Of a DNA stretch of 64,000 bases, positions 38,925-53,689 are shown one piece after another. The DNA comes from Octopus vulgaris. Taxonomy: Eukaryota. The first letter of the stretch is position 1; each line of letters starts with the position of its first letter. The DNA lies in contig OX597832.1 of the NCBI GenBank assembly GCA_951406725.2, positions 53,444,001 to 53,508,000 on the forward strand. Direction: 5' to 3'. Under the pieces are notes generated by a model. It ran no database searches. It saw only the letters and a program-made list of their open reading frames with translations, and was not told the origin of the DNA. Both the position numbers and the translations under genes were made by a program.

Positions 38925-41900
38925 GTTGATGTATGTTGCATCCAAGAAGTAAGGTGGAGAGGTGGTTCTGCTAGGTTCCTCACAGGCAAAGGACACAGGT
39001 ACAAGATTTTCTGGGCAGGAAACACTGACGGGGTTGGAGGCGTGGGTATACTTCTCGCTGAAAAATTGGTAGATAAGGTACTTGAGGTAATCAGAGTAAG
39101 TGACAGAATACTTAAGATTAGAATAGTGCTTCATCATGGATTAGTAACCATTATATCGGCCTATGCCCCTCAGCCAGGGCTACCCAATGGACAGAAAGAC
39201 CAATTCTATGACGCCTTACTGCAGACTACCTCGTTGACGACCGACAGAGACTTTCTCTTTGTGGCTGGTGATTTCAATGGGCATGTTGGAAAACATGCTG
39301 GGGGCTTCCATGGTGTACATGGAGGCTATGGCTATGATTCCCGCAACGAGGAGGGAACCAGGCTCCTGGAGTTCTGCGACGCAAATGATCTCATGGTTTG
39401 CAACACTAACTTCAGGAAACCTACCAGCCACCTAGTCACCTACCGATCGGGTCGACATACCAGCCAAATTGACTACATCCTTGTCAGGAAAAGGGAAAGA
39501 TGGCTGCTTATAAATGCCAAAACCTTCCTAGGCGAAGAATGTACCCCACAACATAGACTGGTAGTTAGTGACTTTAGGATCAGGACTAAGAGGACAACCA
39601 GAAGACGACCAACATGGAGAAGAAGGATCTGGAAGCTTAAAGATCCTGCAAATGGACAGAGATTTAGGGACATATTACTTGAAACCTTTGATGAAGTAGA
39701 AGGGGATAGAGCATCACAGGGGGTAGAAGGCAACTGGAAGTTTCTAAGGGACAACCTGCTGAGAGCCACTGACCAGATCTGTGGCTGGTGCAAAGTCCCC
39801 TCTCAACCTAGAATAACGTGGTGGTGGAACAATGTTGTAGATAGGGTTATTAGAGAAAAGAGACAGGCTTGGAAGGACTGGAAAAATGGGGGTAGCAGGG
39901 AATTGTATCAGACTGCCAAAAGAGAAGCTAGGAGGGGAAGCAGATAGGAAAAAATTTGCCAATGTTCTGTGCCGTGAGGACCAAAGACTTGAGGTATTTC
40001 GCGTTGCAAGACAGTGTGTGAGAGAGAATCGTGATGTGGTAGGAGAGAAATGTGTTCGCATGGATGATGGTTCACTTGCGCTATATGAGGATGCAAAGAG
40101 AGAGGTGTGGAGATGCCACTATGAAAGGTTGCTGAATGAAGAAAATGAATGGGATAAAGAGAGTCTGCCAAATGTCGACCCAACAGAGGGACCAGCTATC
40201 CGAGTTGACAGTTCCTTGGTAATTGAGGCAATTAGAAGCATGAAGACAGAAAGCCCCAGGCCCATCAGGAATTACTGCAGAGATGCTCAAAATATCTGGT
40301 AGTGTTGGCTATAGCCTAGTCACCCGTATAGTTAACCAGGTAATACACGAAGGAGTCATACCCAATGACTGGTGTAGCAGCATAATAGTCAACTGCTACA
40401 AAGGTGACGCCCTAGATACAAATAATTACAGGGGTATCAAGCTGTTGGATCAGGTAATGAAGGTTACGGAGAGGGTCATAGCCCAACTAATTAGAGAGAG
40501 AGTTAGTTTAGATGAGATGCAGTTTGGATTCGTGCCAGAGAAAAGCACCACTGATGCTATATTCCTGGTAAGACAGCTGCAAGAGAAATATCTAGCCAAA
40601 GATAAGCCCCTGTACCTGGCTTTCGTCGACATGGAGAAAGCTTTCGACAGGGTCCCCCAATCCCTTATCTGGTGGTCAATGAGGAAACTAGGGATAGATG
40701 AATGGTTAGTGAGAGCTGTGCAAGCCATGTACAGGGATGCTGCTAGTAAGGTGAGGGTTGGCTACGAGTACAGTGAAGAATTCCGGGTAGAGGTAGGGGG
40801 CCACCAAGGTTCAGCCCTCAGTCCCCTCCTATTTATCGTAGTCCTCCTGGCAATAACGGAGGAATTCAAGACAGGATGCCCCTGGGAGCTCCTCTATGCT
40901 GATGACCTTGCTCTTATTGCTGAGTCACTATCAGAACTAGAGGAGAAGTTTCAGGTGTGGAAGCAAGGATTAGAATTGAAGGGCCTTAGAGTCAACCTAG
41001 CTAAAACCAAAGTCCTAATAAGTAGGAAAGCAGACAAGTCACAAACTACCCTTCAGGTAGATGGCCTTGCTCAATCTGTAGGAAATGCGTAGGTAGAAAC
41101 TCTATAAGATGCACCAAGTGTAAGCTATGGAAACACAAGAGGTGCAGCAACGTCAAGGGAAGGCTAACTAGGAAGATAGTTTTTGTATGTGGCAGATGCT
41201 CAGGAGCAATAAACACTGAAAATGCTCTGAGACCAACTTCCGTCACTTTCCAGGGAGAAAAACTAGAAATAGTTGATAGCTTCTGTTACCTAGGTGACCA
41301 AGTCAGTAGCGGGGGCGGGTGTGTTGAAAGTGTAACTGCTAGAGTAAGAATAGCTTGGGCAAAGTTCAGAGAGCTCTTACCTCTGCTAGGGACAAAAGGC
41401 CTCTCGCTCAGAGTAAAAGGTAGACTGTATGATGCTTGTGTACGAACAGCCATGCTACATGGCAGTGAAACATGGGCCGTGACTGCTGAGGATATGCGTA
41501 AGCTCGCAAGAAATGAAGCCAGTATGCTCCGATGGATGTGTAATGTCAGTGTTCATACTCGACAGAGTGTAAGTACCTTGAGAGAGAAGTTGGACCTAAG
41601 AAGCATCAGTTGCGGTGTGCAAGAGAGACGTTTGCGCTGGTATGCACATGTGGAGAGAATGGATGAAGATAGTTGTGTGAAAAAGTGCCACACCCTAGCT
41701 GTTGAGGGAATCTGTGGAATAGGTAGACCCAGGAAAACCTGGGATGAGGTGGTCTCACCGAGGAAATGACTAGAGACCGAGACCTTTGGAAGTATGCTGT
41801 GCGTGAGAAGACCCGGCAGGACAAGTGAGACCATCACCCATGGCCTCAGTCCACTTATGCATACCTTTCCTTCTTGGGACACAAAACCCTACTTGTGAAG

Positions 41901-42370
41901 ACCTGTTGAGGCAAGTGAAAATCAAAAAAATAAAAAAATCAATAAATCAAAAATCAAAATCGATCAACATCAATGGAAATTGTCGCTGTGATATCAGTGC
42001 TGGTGGCACATAAGAGAACCATCCGAACGTGGCCGTTGCCAGTGCTGCCCTGACTGGCTTCCGTGTCGGTGGCACGTAAAAAGCACCATCCGATCATGGC
42101 CGTTTGCCAGCCTTGCCTGGCCTCCATGCTGGTGGCACGTAAAAAGCACAATCTGACCGTGGCCGTTTGCCAGACTTGTCTGGCACCTGTTCAGGAGGCA
42201 CGTAAAAACCACCCACTACACTCATGGAGTGGTTGGCGTTAGGAAGGGCATCCAGCCATAGAAACATTGCCAGATCAGACTGGGCCTGGTGCAGCCTTCT
42301 GGCTTCCCAGACCCCAGTTGCACCGTCCAACCCATGCCAGCATGGAAAGTGGACGCTAAACAATGATGAT
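38925..42370 (+). mobile_element. RTE-clade LINE, slightly 5'-truncated, frameshifted APE-RT ORF plus 3'UTR
   Basis: APE: CIQEVRW, AYAP, AGDFNGH, SQIDYIL; RT: AFVDMEKAFDRV, HQGSALSPLLF, LLYADDL; RLRWY.HV.RM, GRPRKTW; 3'UTR ~60-66 bp repeats and (GAT)n tail. Confidence 0.95.
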
Positions 42371-43334
42371 GTATATGTATTCACACACCCACACAAGTGT
42401 GTGTGTGCATGACTGATGTATGAGAAGTTATTTTTTATTAAATGTAACTAGTACTTGAAGCTTTATATACCACCTCATATGCACCCAAGGATACATTTAT
42501 AATATTACAGTTTAAAATGCATACTCTAATGTAAATAGTGTGAATATATCAATTCCTTATAGATCCATCGATACGATAACGTACAAAGCTAAACAGATAT
42601 CTACTGAAGGATGTTTTTAATAAAAATACATCATCATCATTCAACATCTATTTCCTATGCTGGTATGGTTGGACAAGTTGACAGTGGAACTGGTCAGTCG
42701 GGAGCTGTCCAGGTTTGATGTCCTTCCTAACACCAGTCGCTTTACAGAGTGCGTTGGGTGCTTTTGTATTCCACTGGCACTGGTGTGTGTAGTGTGATGG
42801 AGGAAAAGGACAACAGAAAAAGAAGCAACGGGAGAAAGAAATACAAAAGGCCTTACCTCGGCGAAATCACCGGTCTCTCACGAATTCAACACGTCCTGTC
42901 GCTTTGCCGTCTATGCTGGAACTGACCACGCTTCCTCACTGACCACACGTGCTTCCGGCCACGCATGCGCCCTTCACTCTTCTGCCGGCCCCTGCAAGCC
43001 CTACTTCCGCCCACCTCATCTGTCATCCTCTCCACCAACACCACATAGCTCATCACGGCCCATAACACCGAGCGCCAACACCACAGTGTGTTTACACAAC
43101 ACAGGCATGAATGCATTTTACATGGAATCGGCACCTGTAAAGGACAACCTTGTATGTATGGATGACAGATTTTACTTCGTTTGACATGTCTTCTTATGTA
43201 CAGCTTGTCGCCATAACTTCCAGTCATTTATTATTTCCTGAAGATTGTGTCTAACCACAACGGCCCCCATCTTCATGGGGCTACGCCGTCTACAGATTCC
43301 CTCCACAATTAGAACACAGCACTTCTTTATGAGA

Positions 43335-43800
43335 TAACTAATTTGCCTGAGTTTTAACATCATCTCTTTCGAAATATATTTCTTTACTACCCATAAGGGG
43401 CTAAACATAGAGGGGACAAACAAGGACAGACAAAGGATTAAGTCGATTACATCGATCCCAGTGCGAAACTGGTACTTTATTTATCGACCTCGAAAGGATG
43501 AAAGGCAAAGTCGACCTCGGCGGAATTTGAACTCAGAACGTAACGGGAGACGAAATACGGCTACGCATTTCGCCCGGCGTGCTAACGATTCTGCCAGCTC
43601 ACCGCCATCTCCTTCGAAATAGTCACCTTGCACAGTAATACGCTGGTCCCAGCATTGCTGCCGTTTCTGGATGTTGTTTTCCGTAAGTGAGTCGAGGACC
43701 TTCTGCAATTCGCTCCGGATCTCGACAAGTGTTAAAACATCGACCAAGGAGCTGCATTTTCATGTTAGAGAAGAAATGGAAGTCCGTTGGTGCTAAATCT
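43335..43800 (-). mobile_element. Mariner C-terminal relic with SINE B insertion (43377-43605)
   Basis: DLAPTDFHFF..MK..L.G..F...W...I.VQGDYFEGD; 16-bp TSD CATCTC(T/C)TTCGAAATA. Confidence 0.75.
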
Positions 43801-44867
43801 ATATATATACGTGTGTGTATGCCTTCATAAGTGTTTTTGTCCATCCCCCTCATCACCGTTTGGCAAACAGTACTGGTGTGTCCCCATAACCTAGCAGTTT
43901 GGTAAAAGGGGCTGATAGAATAAGTATTAGGCTTTTAAAAATTTAGTACTGGGGTTGATTTGTTTGACTAAAACATTTCAAGGTCGTGCTCCAGCATGGC
44001 CGCAGTCAAATGACTGAAACAAGAATATGTATATACATACATAGATATATGAATTTGTAATGCAATATATGGACTCATGGAATCACAGAAATCACTGAAA
44101 GCTCCTTTAGTGGGCCCAGCTACAATACCACATAGATATCCAAAATGGAAGAATGTATTGTGGCATTCTATGCTGCTGAAATCCAGAAGATTCAATCTAT
44201 GATATTATTTCATGAGGACGTGTATAGACAATAAAATGTCAGAAGATATGAGAGGTGAATATATTTATTTAACCACTTGAATTCCTTAAATACATAGCTG
44301 TATATTCATACTTCTGTTAATATACATACATACATAGATACATACATACATGCATGCATACATACATACATAAATATATATATATACATACATGTATGCA
44401 TCCATACATACCTAAATACTTACATACATACATGCATACATACATACATACATACATACATACATACATACATACATACATACATACATAAATATACATA
44501 TATATATACATGCATGCTTGCATACATACATACATGTATGCATGCATACATACATAAATACATACATAAATGGTGGCTGCCCCCTCGTTGTCGAGTATGG
44601 CCATTGCACGAAGCTTAATCAATGTTATTATCATGCAATGCCTGTGCAAGAAGATATTTTTTTAAGTGAGGAAAGGCTGTGCACTGAGTCAATCCCACTC
44701 AGTAAGCAACAGCAGCCATAATCCGAAAAGAAGAACAAGTCAACATCATCGGTAACCACTGAGCCGCAGGTTTTATGTCGGAGTTATCCCAGTTACCTAA
44801 GTAACCGTGCGATCGGGTATTCAGTCCGATTATTTCTATGTCCCCGCGCATGATACAGCCTTAAGAC

Positions 44868-45746
44868 ATATATATATATACATACATGCATACATACATA
44901 CATGCATACATAATACCTACATACATACATGCATACATACATAATACCTACATACATAAATACATACATACATAATACATGCATACATACATACATGCAT
45001 ACATACATAATACATACATACATACATATATACATACATAAATACATACATACATACATGCATAATACCTACATACATACATGCATACATACATAATACA
45101 TACATACATGCATACATACATAAATACATACATACATACATACATACATACATACATACATACATACATAAATACATACATAAATACATACATACATACA
45201 TACATACATACATACATACATACATACATACATAAATACATACATATATACATACATACATACATACATACATACATACATACATACATACATACATACA
45301 TACATACATACATACATACATACATACATACATACATACATACATACATACATACATACATACATACATACATACATACATACATACATACATACATACA
45401 TACATACATACATACATACATACATACATACATACATAAATACATACATACATACATACATACATAATACATACATACATACATACATACATACATACAT
45501 ACATACATACATACATACATACATACATACATACATAAATACATACATACATACATACATACATACATACATACATACATACATACATACATACATACAT
45601 ACATACATACATACATACATACATACATACATACATACATACATACATAATACATACATACATAAATACATACATAAATACATACATACATACATACATA
45701 AATAGATACATACATACATTACATACATACATACATATATACATAC

Positions 45747-45793
<47 letters not shown>

Positions 45794-45827
45794 CATACAT
45801 ACATACATACATATATACATACATATA

Positions 45828-45861
<34 letters not shown>

Positions 45862-45960
45862 CATACTTACATACATACATACATATATACATACTTACAT
45901 ATATACATACATACATACATACATTACATACATACATATATACATATATACATACATACC
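44868..45960. repeat. ~1.1 kb (TACA)n array
   Basis: Direct reading. Confidence 0.97.
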
Positions 45961-46308
45961 AGGCAGAGACAAACCTTAGTATGCACTCAAGCATACATAT
46001 GTATCTTTTATTTTTTACTTGCTTTAGTCATTAGACTGTAGTCATGCTGGGGCACTCACCGCTTGAATTTTTTAGTCAAATGGATTGATCCCTCCACCCA
46101 CAAGCTTGGTCACTTTTGATGAACCACTAAGTTACAAGGATGCAAACACACCAACACCAGTTGTCAAGAGGTGGTTGGGAGACAAACGCAGACAGAAAGA
46201 CACCACACACAGATATTCATACATACATACATACATGCATACATGCATACATACATACATACATACATACATACATACATACATACATACATACATACAT
46301 ACATACAT

Positions 46309-46348
<40 letters not shown>

Positions 46349-46563
46349 CTAATGTAGGATAAAATATTTTCGAAAAAAGAATTTTATCAATGGCCAGCAT
46401 ATCAAAAAATACCTTTAAAGGTTAAATTTTTAAATAACTTACAAAATAAGGGCAAAAGGAAAATTCTAATGCCAAATATGCCGAAAAAAAGACAAAATTA
46501 TCAATAACCATTATAATTTATGCATCTCGAAACAAGCCGATAGAAATTTCTAAAAATCCGTCA

Positions 46564-46625
46564 TTACCGTATTGGTCTCAATTTCGGGGTTTAATTCATA
46601 TGAATTTTCCCCTCGTCAGCGATAA
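46564..46625 (-). ncRNA. Type I hammerhead motif with intact core
   Basis: TTATCG-CTGACGA-GGGG...CCCC-GAAA-TTG(AGAC)CAA-TA-CGGTAA; lies between ~100 bp inverted repeats 46435-46535 / 46718-46817. Confidence 0.85.
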
Positions 46626-46818
46626 ATACATAAGACATAAATGAGATACTTACTCATACCCATGGAAAAAGCAAGCACTAAGTCCTGAATAGACCTAAGT
46701 ACCCCAAATATATCCAACTTGTTTCGAGACGCATAAAGTATAATGGTTATTGACAATTTTGTCTTTTTTCGGCATATTTGGCATTAGAATTTTTCTTTTG
46801 CCCTTATTTTGTAAGTTG

Positions 46819-46858
<40 letters not shown>

Positions 46859-47044
46859 TATAAACGACAGACTTCTTTCAGTTTTCATCTACCAAATCTA
46901 CTCACAAGGCTTTGGTTTGCCTGAGGCTATAGTAGAAAACACTTGCCCAAGGTACCACACCAGAGGAACTGAACTTAGAAGCATGTGGTTGGGAAGCAAG
47001 CTTCTTACCACACAGCTATGTTTGTGCCTATACATAAGTAAGCA

Positions 47045-48015
47045 TATTATTGTAAAAATCCCTCAAATTAGATGACAGAACAGAACCTCTCCAGCCAAGA
47101 ACTTCATGAATCAACCTAAAGGATCGTAAACACAATTTTTGTAAGTAAATCTGTTAAATTAATCTACATAGCTTAGATATCAGTAAGATATATCAACTTA
47201 TAGATGGAATTATACCTACACTCAAAAAGGAAATATCACTTAGGCTGTAGTTTAACGCTATAGAAGTAATTAAATAGCTTAATGATATTAATGGTAAAAT
47301 AAATGTTAAGCTCTTATGATTCAATATTGATAATTACTATACTTTCATCTTGCTTATACATCTAAACGAAGGACTTATTTTCTTTATGATATTATTCATG
47401 TAGCCAAGAGAATAATTATTAAATTCACTGATAAGTTCTGGACTAGAAAATCATGGCAAAATAATTCTGATATCACTATGGGATCTAATGACTCTGTGCA
47501 AGTCACAGATCTCATGGAGGTATACTTATTATATTATATGAAAGATGAATTTCATAATCTTGAAGGTGGTCTTTATAGGGATGATGTTTTGCTCACAATA
47601 TGTAATTCCAGTAATGTTGACTATATTAGAACTTAGAAAAAACTTATTAGATATTTTAAGAATGTAGGTTTGCCTATTACATTTGATGACAACTGTAAAA
47701 TAGTAAACTTCCTAGTCATTACTTTAGACCTTACTACAAGTGTCTCTAAACTTGTCCGTAAACCAAATCAGCATCTTAATTATGTAAATCACTTCTCAAA
47801 TCATATCCAAAAGCTGTCGTATGTTCTATAGTAAATAGAATATCCTCCTGTATATCATTACTCTCCACTAACTACAACATTTTAAATCAAAATACTAATT
47901 ACAATAATGAAGCTCTAGCTTGGGCTGGTTTATAAAGAGAAAAAATAGCATATCTCCCTAAATATAATGATGACAATTGTAATTACATACTGTCTGAAAG
48001 TAATAGTGTAAATAA
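47045..48015 (+). pseudogene. PLE reverse transcriptase relic (Naiad-like)
   Basis: LKLDDR, NLKDRK.NF, FNIDNYY, DITMGSNDSVQVTDL, GGLYRDD, VNFLVITLDL, RKPN..L.YVN..SNH. Confidence 0.85.
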
Positions 48016-48249
48016 AATCAATATATGTTGCTCTTATAATATGCCCAGTCTAACTGTGGGTAACCATAAAATTTACATAAATAGAAGTCCTTGTATGGAT
48101 GGAAAAGAAGGTAAACTGGTAGGGAGAGAACTCTGCAATGAGTACACGTGTCTTTAAAGATAATTATAATATTAATAATAACACTAATAATAGTAACTAT
48201 AGTATTAATAAAACCAGGCAGTAGGAAAGACAAACAACATAAGATATAC

Positions 48250-50850
48250 ATCGCAAACCAAAGAAGAACCTAAAAGAAAAATAACAATAGCATTACCAAC
48301 AAGGAAAGGACAATTGGCACCAGCGACTTTAGTGATTTAAGTGAGGAAGATCAGAAGATTTTAGATGAGTTGCAGCAAGTAATGAGTAAAGAAATAAGAA
48401 AAAGATTGCCAGCATTTAAAGGCACCAACAGAAGGAAGCTGTTAGAAATGACTATGAAAGTAGATTCTGTTATCAGTAGGATAGATGCTAAAAATATAGG
48501 AGACACTGACTTATTGATCAATGCAGGAGGGGTAGTAGTTATTAGAAGATTAGATATTCCACAAGGAAAGATTAGACAAGAGCAAATGTGGAAAAGGAGA
48601 TGACAAAATAAAAGTGAAGATTTTAAGGCAAGATCTGAGTATAACAGAAACCTGGAAACTGAACAAGTTAGGAAACAAGATGCAAATCTTCCCTTAAGAA
48701 AAGGCACTTAGTCAGGTAGAAAGGGTTTGGGACAGTAATGGTTGAAACAGCTCATCATAGCAGTAGCAGCAAGCTCTCCAGATATCAGAAAAGAATAGAT
48801 TATAGGAAAGCCTTTGATATGGTCCCACAATCATGGATAAGTGAATGTTTGAGTATATTCAGTATTGCAGACAACATAAGAGAATTAATTAGCTTTAGCA
48901 TGAATATCTACTCAGGTAACACACTCTCAGGGAAAGTTAATATCAAAAGAGAAATTTTCCTGGGGGATTCATTGTCCCCTTTAAAATTTGTCCTATGTTT
49001 GATCCCCCTCAGTTTAGTATTAAGGAAGGCAAAGGCAAGGTGTGCATTCATAAATAGTAAGGCACCAACCATTTCCTCTGCATGGATGATCTGAAGCTTT
49101 TTAGTAAGAATGAAATAGAGATAGATTCCTTAATACAGACGGTAAGACTCTTCAGAAAAGATGTAGGCATGGAATTTGGCATAGATAAGTGTGCAATATT
49201 AATCTTGAGAAGGGGACATGTAGTCAACAGCGAAGGCATCCTATTACCAGATGGCCAGACATTAAAATTATTGAAAGGAGGAGAGAGTTATAAGTATCTA
49301 GGAGTATTAGAATCTGACAGAGTACCAACTGTAGAAATGAAAGTAAAAATTGAGGAGTACATCAGAATGGTGAGGAAGCTAATGAAGTAAAAGCTAAATG
49401 GTGCGAATCTAGTGAAAGCTGTAGATACTTGGGCAGTATCATTACTTAGATACTCAGCAGCTTTTGTAGACTGAACAAAAACTGAATTAGCAAAGCTAGA
49501 CAGAAGAACTAGGAATGAATTCAATATGAATGGAGAACTCCACCCAAGGGCAGCAATAGCAAGATTATACTTACCTAAAATGGAAGGCAGAAGAGGGTTA
49601 ATATCAGTAGAAGACTGTGTGGAGTTAGCTAGAGTAGATATAGACTACTATGTAGATAATAGTGAAGAAAGTTTATTGAAAACTGCTAGAGTCACAGCAA
49701 GACAGGGAAACCAAAAATCCAAATGAAATTAAAAACCAGAAAAGGAACAAATTATGACTGGCTGGAGAAGGTGTTGCATGGTAGATTCCCAAAGATAGTT
49801 CCTGTAAATAGTAGTAGTGAGACATGGCTATTGTTGCAGAAAGGAAAGCTGTAAAAGAAGACAGGAAGTGTGATAGTAGCTGCACGAGATCAAGCATTAA
49901 GGGCTAATTGGATAAAAGCCAAGATAGACAAAAACCAAGTAGATTCCCAATGTAGCTTATGCAAATCAAAAGAGGAAAGCGTTACTCATATACAAAGTGA
50001 ATGTAGTATGCTGGCACAGAAAGAATACAAGAAAAGAAATGACAATTTAGGGAGAGTAATCCACTGGAAGTTATGTAGAAAGCTAGGATTTGAACATACC
50101 AATAAATGGTATGAACTTGAACTTGGTGAAGTACTAGAAAGTAAGAAATACAAGTTGTGGGACTTTAACATTCAGACTGACAGAATAATAGAAGCTAGAA
50201 GGCCTGATTTAGTAGTAGTAGTAAATAAAGAAAATAGAAAGTGTCAGATAATTGACTTTACAGTCGCAAATGATGGGAAAAAGATCAATATGAGAGGTAG
50301 AGAAAATATAGCAAAGTACCAGGACCTGGCCATTGAATTACAGAGACTCAGGAAAATGTGGGTAAAATGTATCCCACTAGATATAGGTGCATTGGGAACT
50401 AACTCTAAAGATCTGAACAGAACTGAGAGAGGAAATAGGCATAAAACCTAGTTTAATACAGCTGCAGAAAACAATGTTATTAGGGACAGCTAGGATACTT
50501 AGGAAAGTTCTTGGATATCTAAGGTTACTTGTTGTAGCCCAATGCTAGGATTTTTTTCTTTTCCAACAGTCTAATCTGTTGTGAGTATATGAAAATAATA
50601 ATAATGATAATAATCCTGTAATACTTGGTGCATTGGGAACTGTAAGTAAAGATATAAAGCTATGATTGAAGGAGAATGGAATAGAATATCCTGGGGAGCT
50701 TCTACAGAAAGTTTGCCTCTAAGGATCAGGAGGGTTTAAAGCACTTGAAAGACTATTGAAAGCTTGTGGATACCTAAGGTTACAGACAGTAACTCACTAC
50801 CCACATAAAGTTTACCAGGAATAAGAATGAACCCGAGTCAAATCACCAAT
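48250..50850 (+). mobile_element. R4/Dong-like RLE LINE, internally deleted, plus a second short 3' fragment
   Basis: IDYRKAFDMVP, IFLGDSLSPL, MDDLKLF, FGIDKC, YKYLGV, LHPRA..RLYL...GRRGL, CCHC CSLC..EESVTHIQSEC, RPDLVV, KYQDL; both 3' ends followed by (TAA)n. Confidence 0.88.
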
Positions 50851-50861
50851 AATAATAATAA

Positions 50862-52895
50862 CTAGCACTATGACTTGGTGTTGCTTGTTGTTCATTGCTG
50901 GGTTGCAGTAAAAATTTCTCACTAAATCAAGAGCTATGTTTCTTATCACATTTCAGCCAGGGCCAGTTTTGTTGTTTATGAGCTAGTTGGATCTTTTTAT
51001 GAGAGTAATTAATATTCATTGGACTTCGGTTTTCATACCTGGAACGGCTTAATCATAGAAAATTAGCGGGACTGTGCACATGTCATTAGTCGGACAAAAA
51101 AGGAGGCAGAAGAAAGCGGAAAACTCGAATTTGGTCGCAAAATAGCATGATTTTGAAAATACACATAAATCTCATTTATTGAGTTTTGGTTTCACACCCA
51201 ACCCAGTTCTGCGCAATCAGTGTTGCAACGAGAACGCATGGGTTGGGAGCTTGACTGGCAGACGTGATCAAGCTGCACGTGCCAGCCCATTTGACACCAA
51301 TCCTCCCTCACCTAACCCCCTTGTCCTATGAGTGAATGATGGAAGCACTCCGTCGGTTACGATGATGAGGGTTCCGGTTGATCCGAATCAACGGAACAGC
51401 CTGCTCGTGAAATTAACGTGTAAGTGGCTGAGCACTCCACAGACACGTGCGCCCTTAACATAGTTCTTGGGGATATTCAGCATGACACAGAGAGTGACAA
51501 GGCCGGTCCCTTGAAATACAGGTACAACAGAAACAGGAAGTAAGAGTGAGAGAAAGTTGTGGTGAAAGAGTACAGCAGGGATCACCACCATCCCCTGCCG
51601 GAGCCTCGTGGACATTTTAGGTGTTTTCGCTCAATAAACACTCACAATGCCTGGTCTGGGAATTGAAACCGCGATCCTATGACCGCGAGTCCACTGCCCT
51701 AACCACTGGGCCATTGCGCCTCCACCCCTATGAGTGAATAGCAATGGTGGGAAGAAAAAAATGCTGATTCCAGCCAGAGCAATTAGAGCACAAAAAACAG
51801 CATTCAAAATGATTTTATGAGTATGACACATTGAAGCAACTAACGCAGTAAGGTCAATAGTTATAAGTTTATGGCACATAGGAGCACGTAAGGCACCAAG
51901 GTTAACTAAGGTATAAATAATAGGTATGCCTTTTTGCCGGAAGGCCAATTGGGCTCTGATCCACTGAAATGGAGGAGGTTAGGTTCGGAACACAACTAAG
52001 TCTTCAACTAAAACCTAGACTAATCTTACGGAAGGGAGCTCAAGAGCCTCTAATAGGCAGCTTCTAATCCCGATCTATCACTAACCCATCCTAGGGGTTC
52101 TAAATGACATGGCTGTAGAGGAAATTGGCTGTGGAGATGAGCATGGTGGGTATCTTTTGGAGGAGGACGACTGCATTGGATTAAGAACCATTGAAAAATG
52201 TAGCTTTGGAGATCCACATTGGTGAAACTTACCAAAACTTACCGACAGCCTTCACAAAAAGGGACCTAGCCCTTTAACCTAACTTAATAAACATCTGACA
52301 AAGTGAAAATTGTTTTCGTTGCAGATAGCATTGGTATACCAATGCATTTATAAATGCTTATCCAAAATCTCATTGTAAACAATATTGTGGGTTTTACCCT
52401 CAGGGGTATATACAAACAGGGCATTCCTACTTCCAACGTGGGAGCAGGCAACATTTTTTTTCCTTGCATTTCTCAAATCAAAAAAGCGTGTGTACGTTTG
52501 AAAGCCAAAATACATGATAATGTGTTTTCACAAAATACAAAAATGTGCTGAGTCATACAAATGAGTCTGCAAATGTGCATGCGCATTCTACTGTCAAGGG
52601 CAAAATTATCTCCATCCAATCAAAAAACAGCTGGCAGTCCATTAGTGTATCTAGCTGTACACACGCACCACATACAAATTTCTATGTTTTAGTGATTTTG
52701 AATGGGCATAAGGGGTCAGTTTATTGATTTTTTAATGGCTTTTCTGGGGTGACTGGGGAAATGAAAAGATCTTCACGACCACCCTCAGTCAGTTTTGAAA
52801 GCCCATAGAAAATGCGAGCCTTTTATATGAAAACTGTGGATTTGTATAAAGGACACACAGATACACAGACATTTTGCCGTTTATAGATATAGAGA
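50862..52895 (-). mobile_element. Probable non-autonomous Helitron containing a SINE C (51340-51724)
   Basis: Minus strand begins A|TCTCTATATCTATAAACGGC and ends AGCAACACCAAGTCATAGTGCTAG|T; SINE has 13-bp TSD CCTATGAGTGAAT. Confidence 0.55.
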
Positions 52896-52914
52896 TAATA
52901 ATGATAAGGATTTT

Positions 52915-53430
52915 TATTTATTTTCCTCAAGGGCAAAGGGTGAAGGGGACAATATAAGGACAGACATAAAGTGTGGGATTTACATATAATGAAATGATAA
53001 AAAAAAAGGAAAGAAAGAAAGTAAGAAACATGCATAGCATACAAATGTTAAAAAAGGGGCAAGGAGGACGATAGCGATGTGGCCCTCATGATCCCAGGAT
53101 GTCTCTTGGGATAATTGAGGAACCACACTGTCTTAGATTTCCCTGAAACCCCTAGAGCAAGTACCCTCTCCAACTCAGGTCTACACTTAGAGAGGCACCA
53201 TCCACTCTTGCCTTGTTTGCAACTTTCACCCACTTTTCAATAAACTTTCTCGAGGACAGCACTTCCCTCTCTACTCTCAATTTCCTTTTCAAGTGAAACT
53301 TGAAGAACTCAGTGAGAGCTCTATCAAAGAGGAATGTATCTGTCCTCGTGCCTTTCGGCCTTGTCCACCAAACAACCTATTTTGCTGCAGCCACCAGGCA
53401 AAGGAAAACTACCTTGCTTGCATGATTGAA
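52915..53430 (-). mobile_element. Tx1/L1-like LINE 3' end
   Basis: VFLCLVAAAK*VVWWTR...FFKFHLKRKLRVERE...F.EKW; 3'UTR ends AATAAATAAAAA. Confidence 0.5.
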
Positions 53431-53567
53431 GGAGTCCTTTTTACTAAAGGCACAAGGTCTGAAAATTGGGGTGAGAGAACAAGTCAATTACATCAACCAC
53501 ATTACTTGACTGGTATTTATTTTATCAGCCCCGAAAGGATGAAAGGCAAAGTTGGCCTTGGTGGAAT

Positions 53568-53671
<104 letters not shown>

Positions 53672-53689
53672 TTTTTTTTTTTTTTTTTG

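Noticed and set aside
44060-44220. Possible host exon (also ~58560-58660, ~63370-63450)
   Set aside because: No recognisable peptide or convincing splice-site pair; small exons cannot be excluded without RNA data
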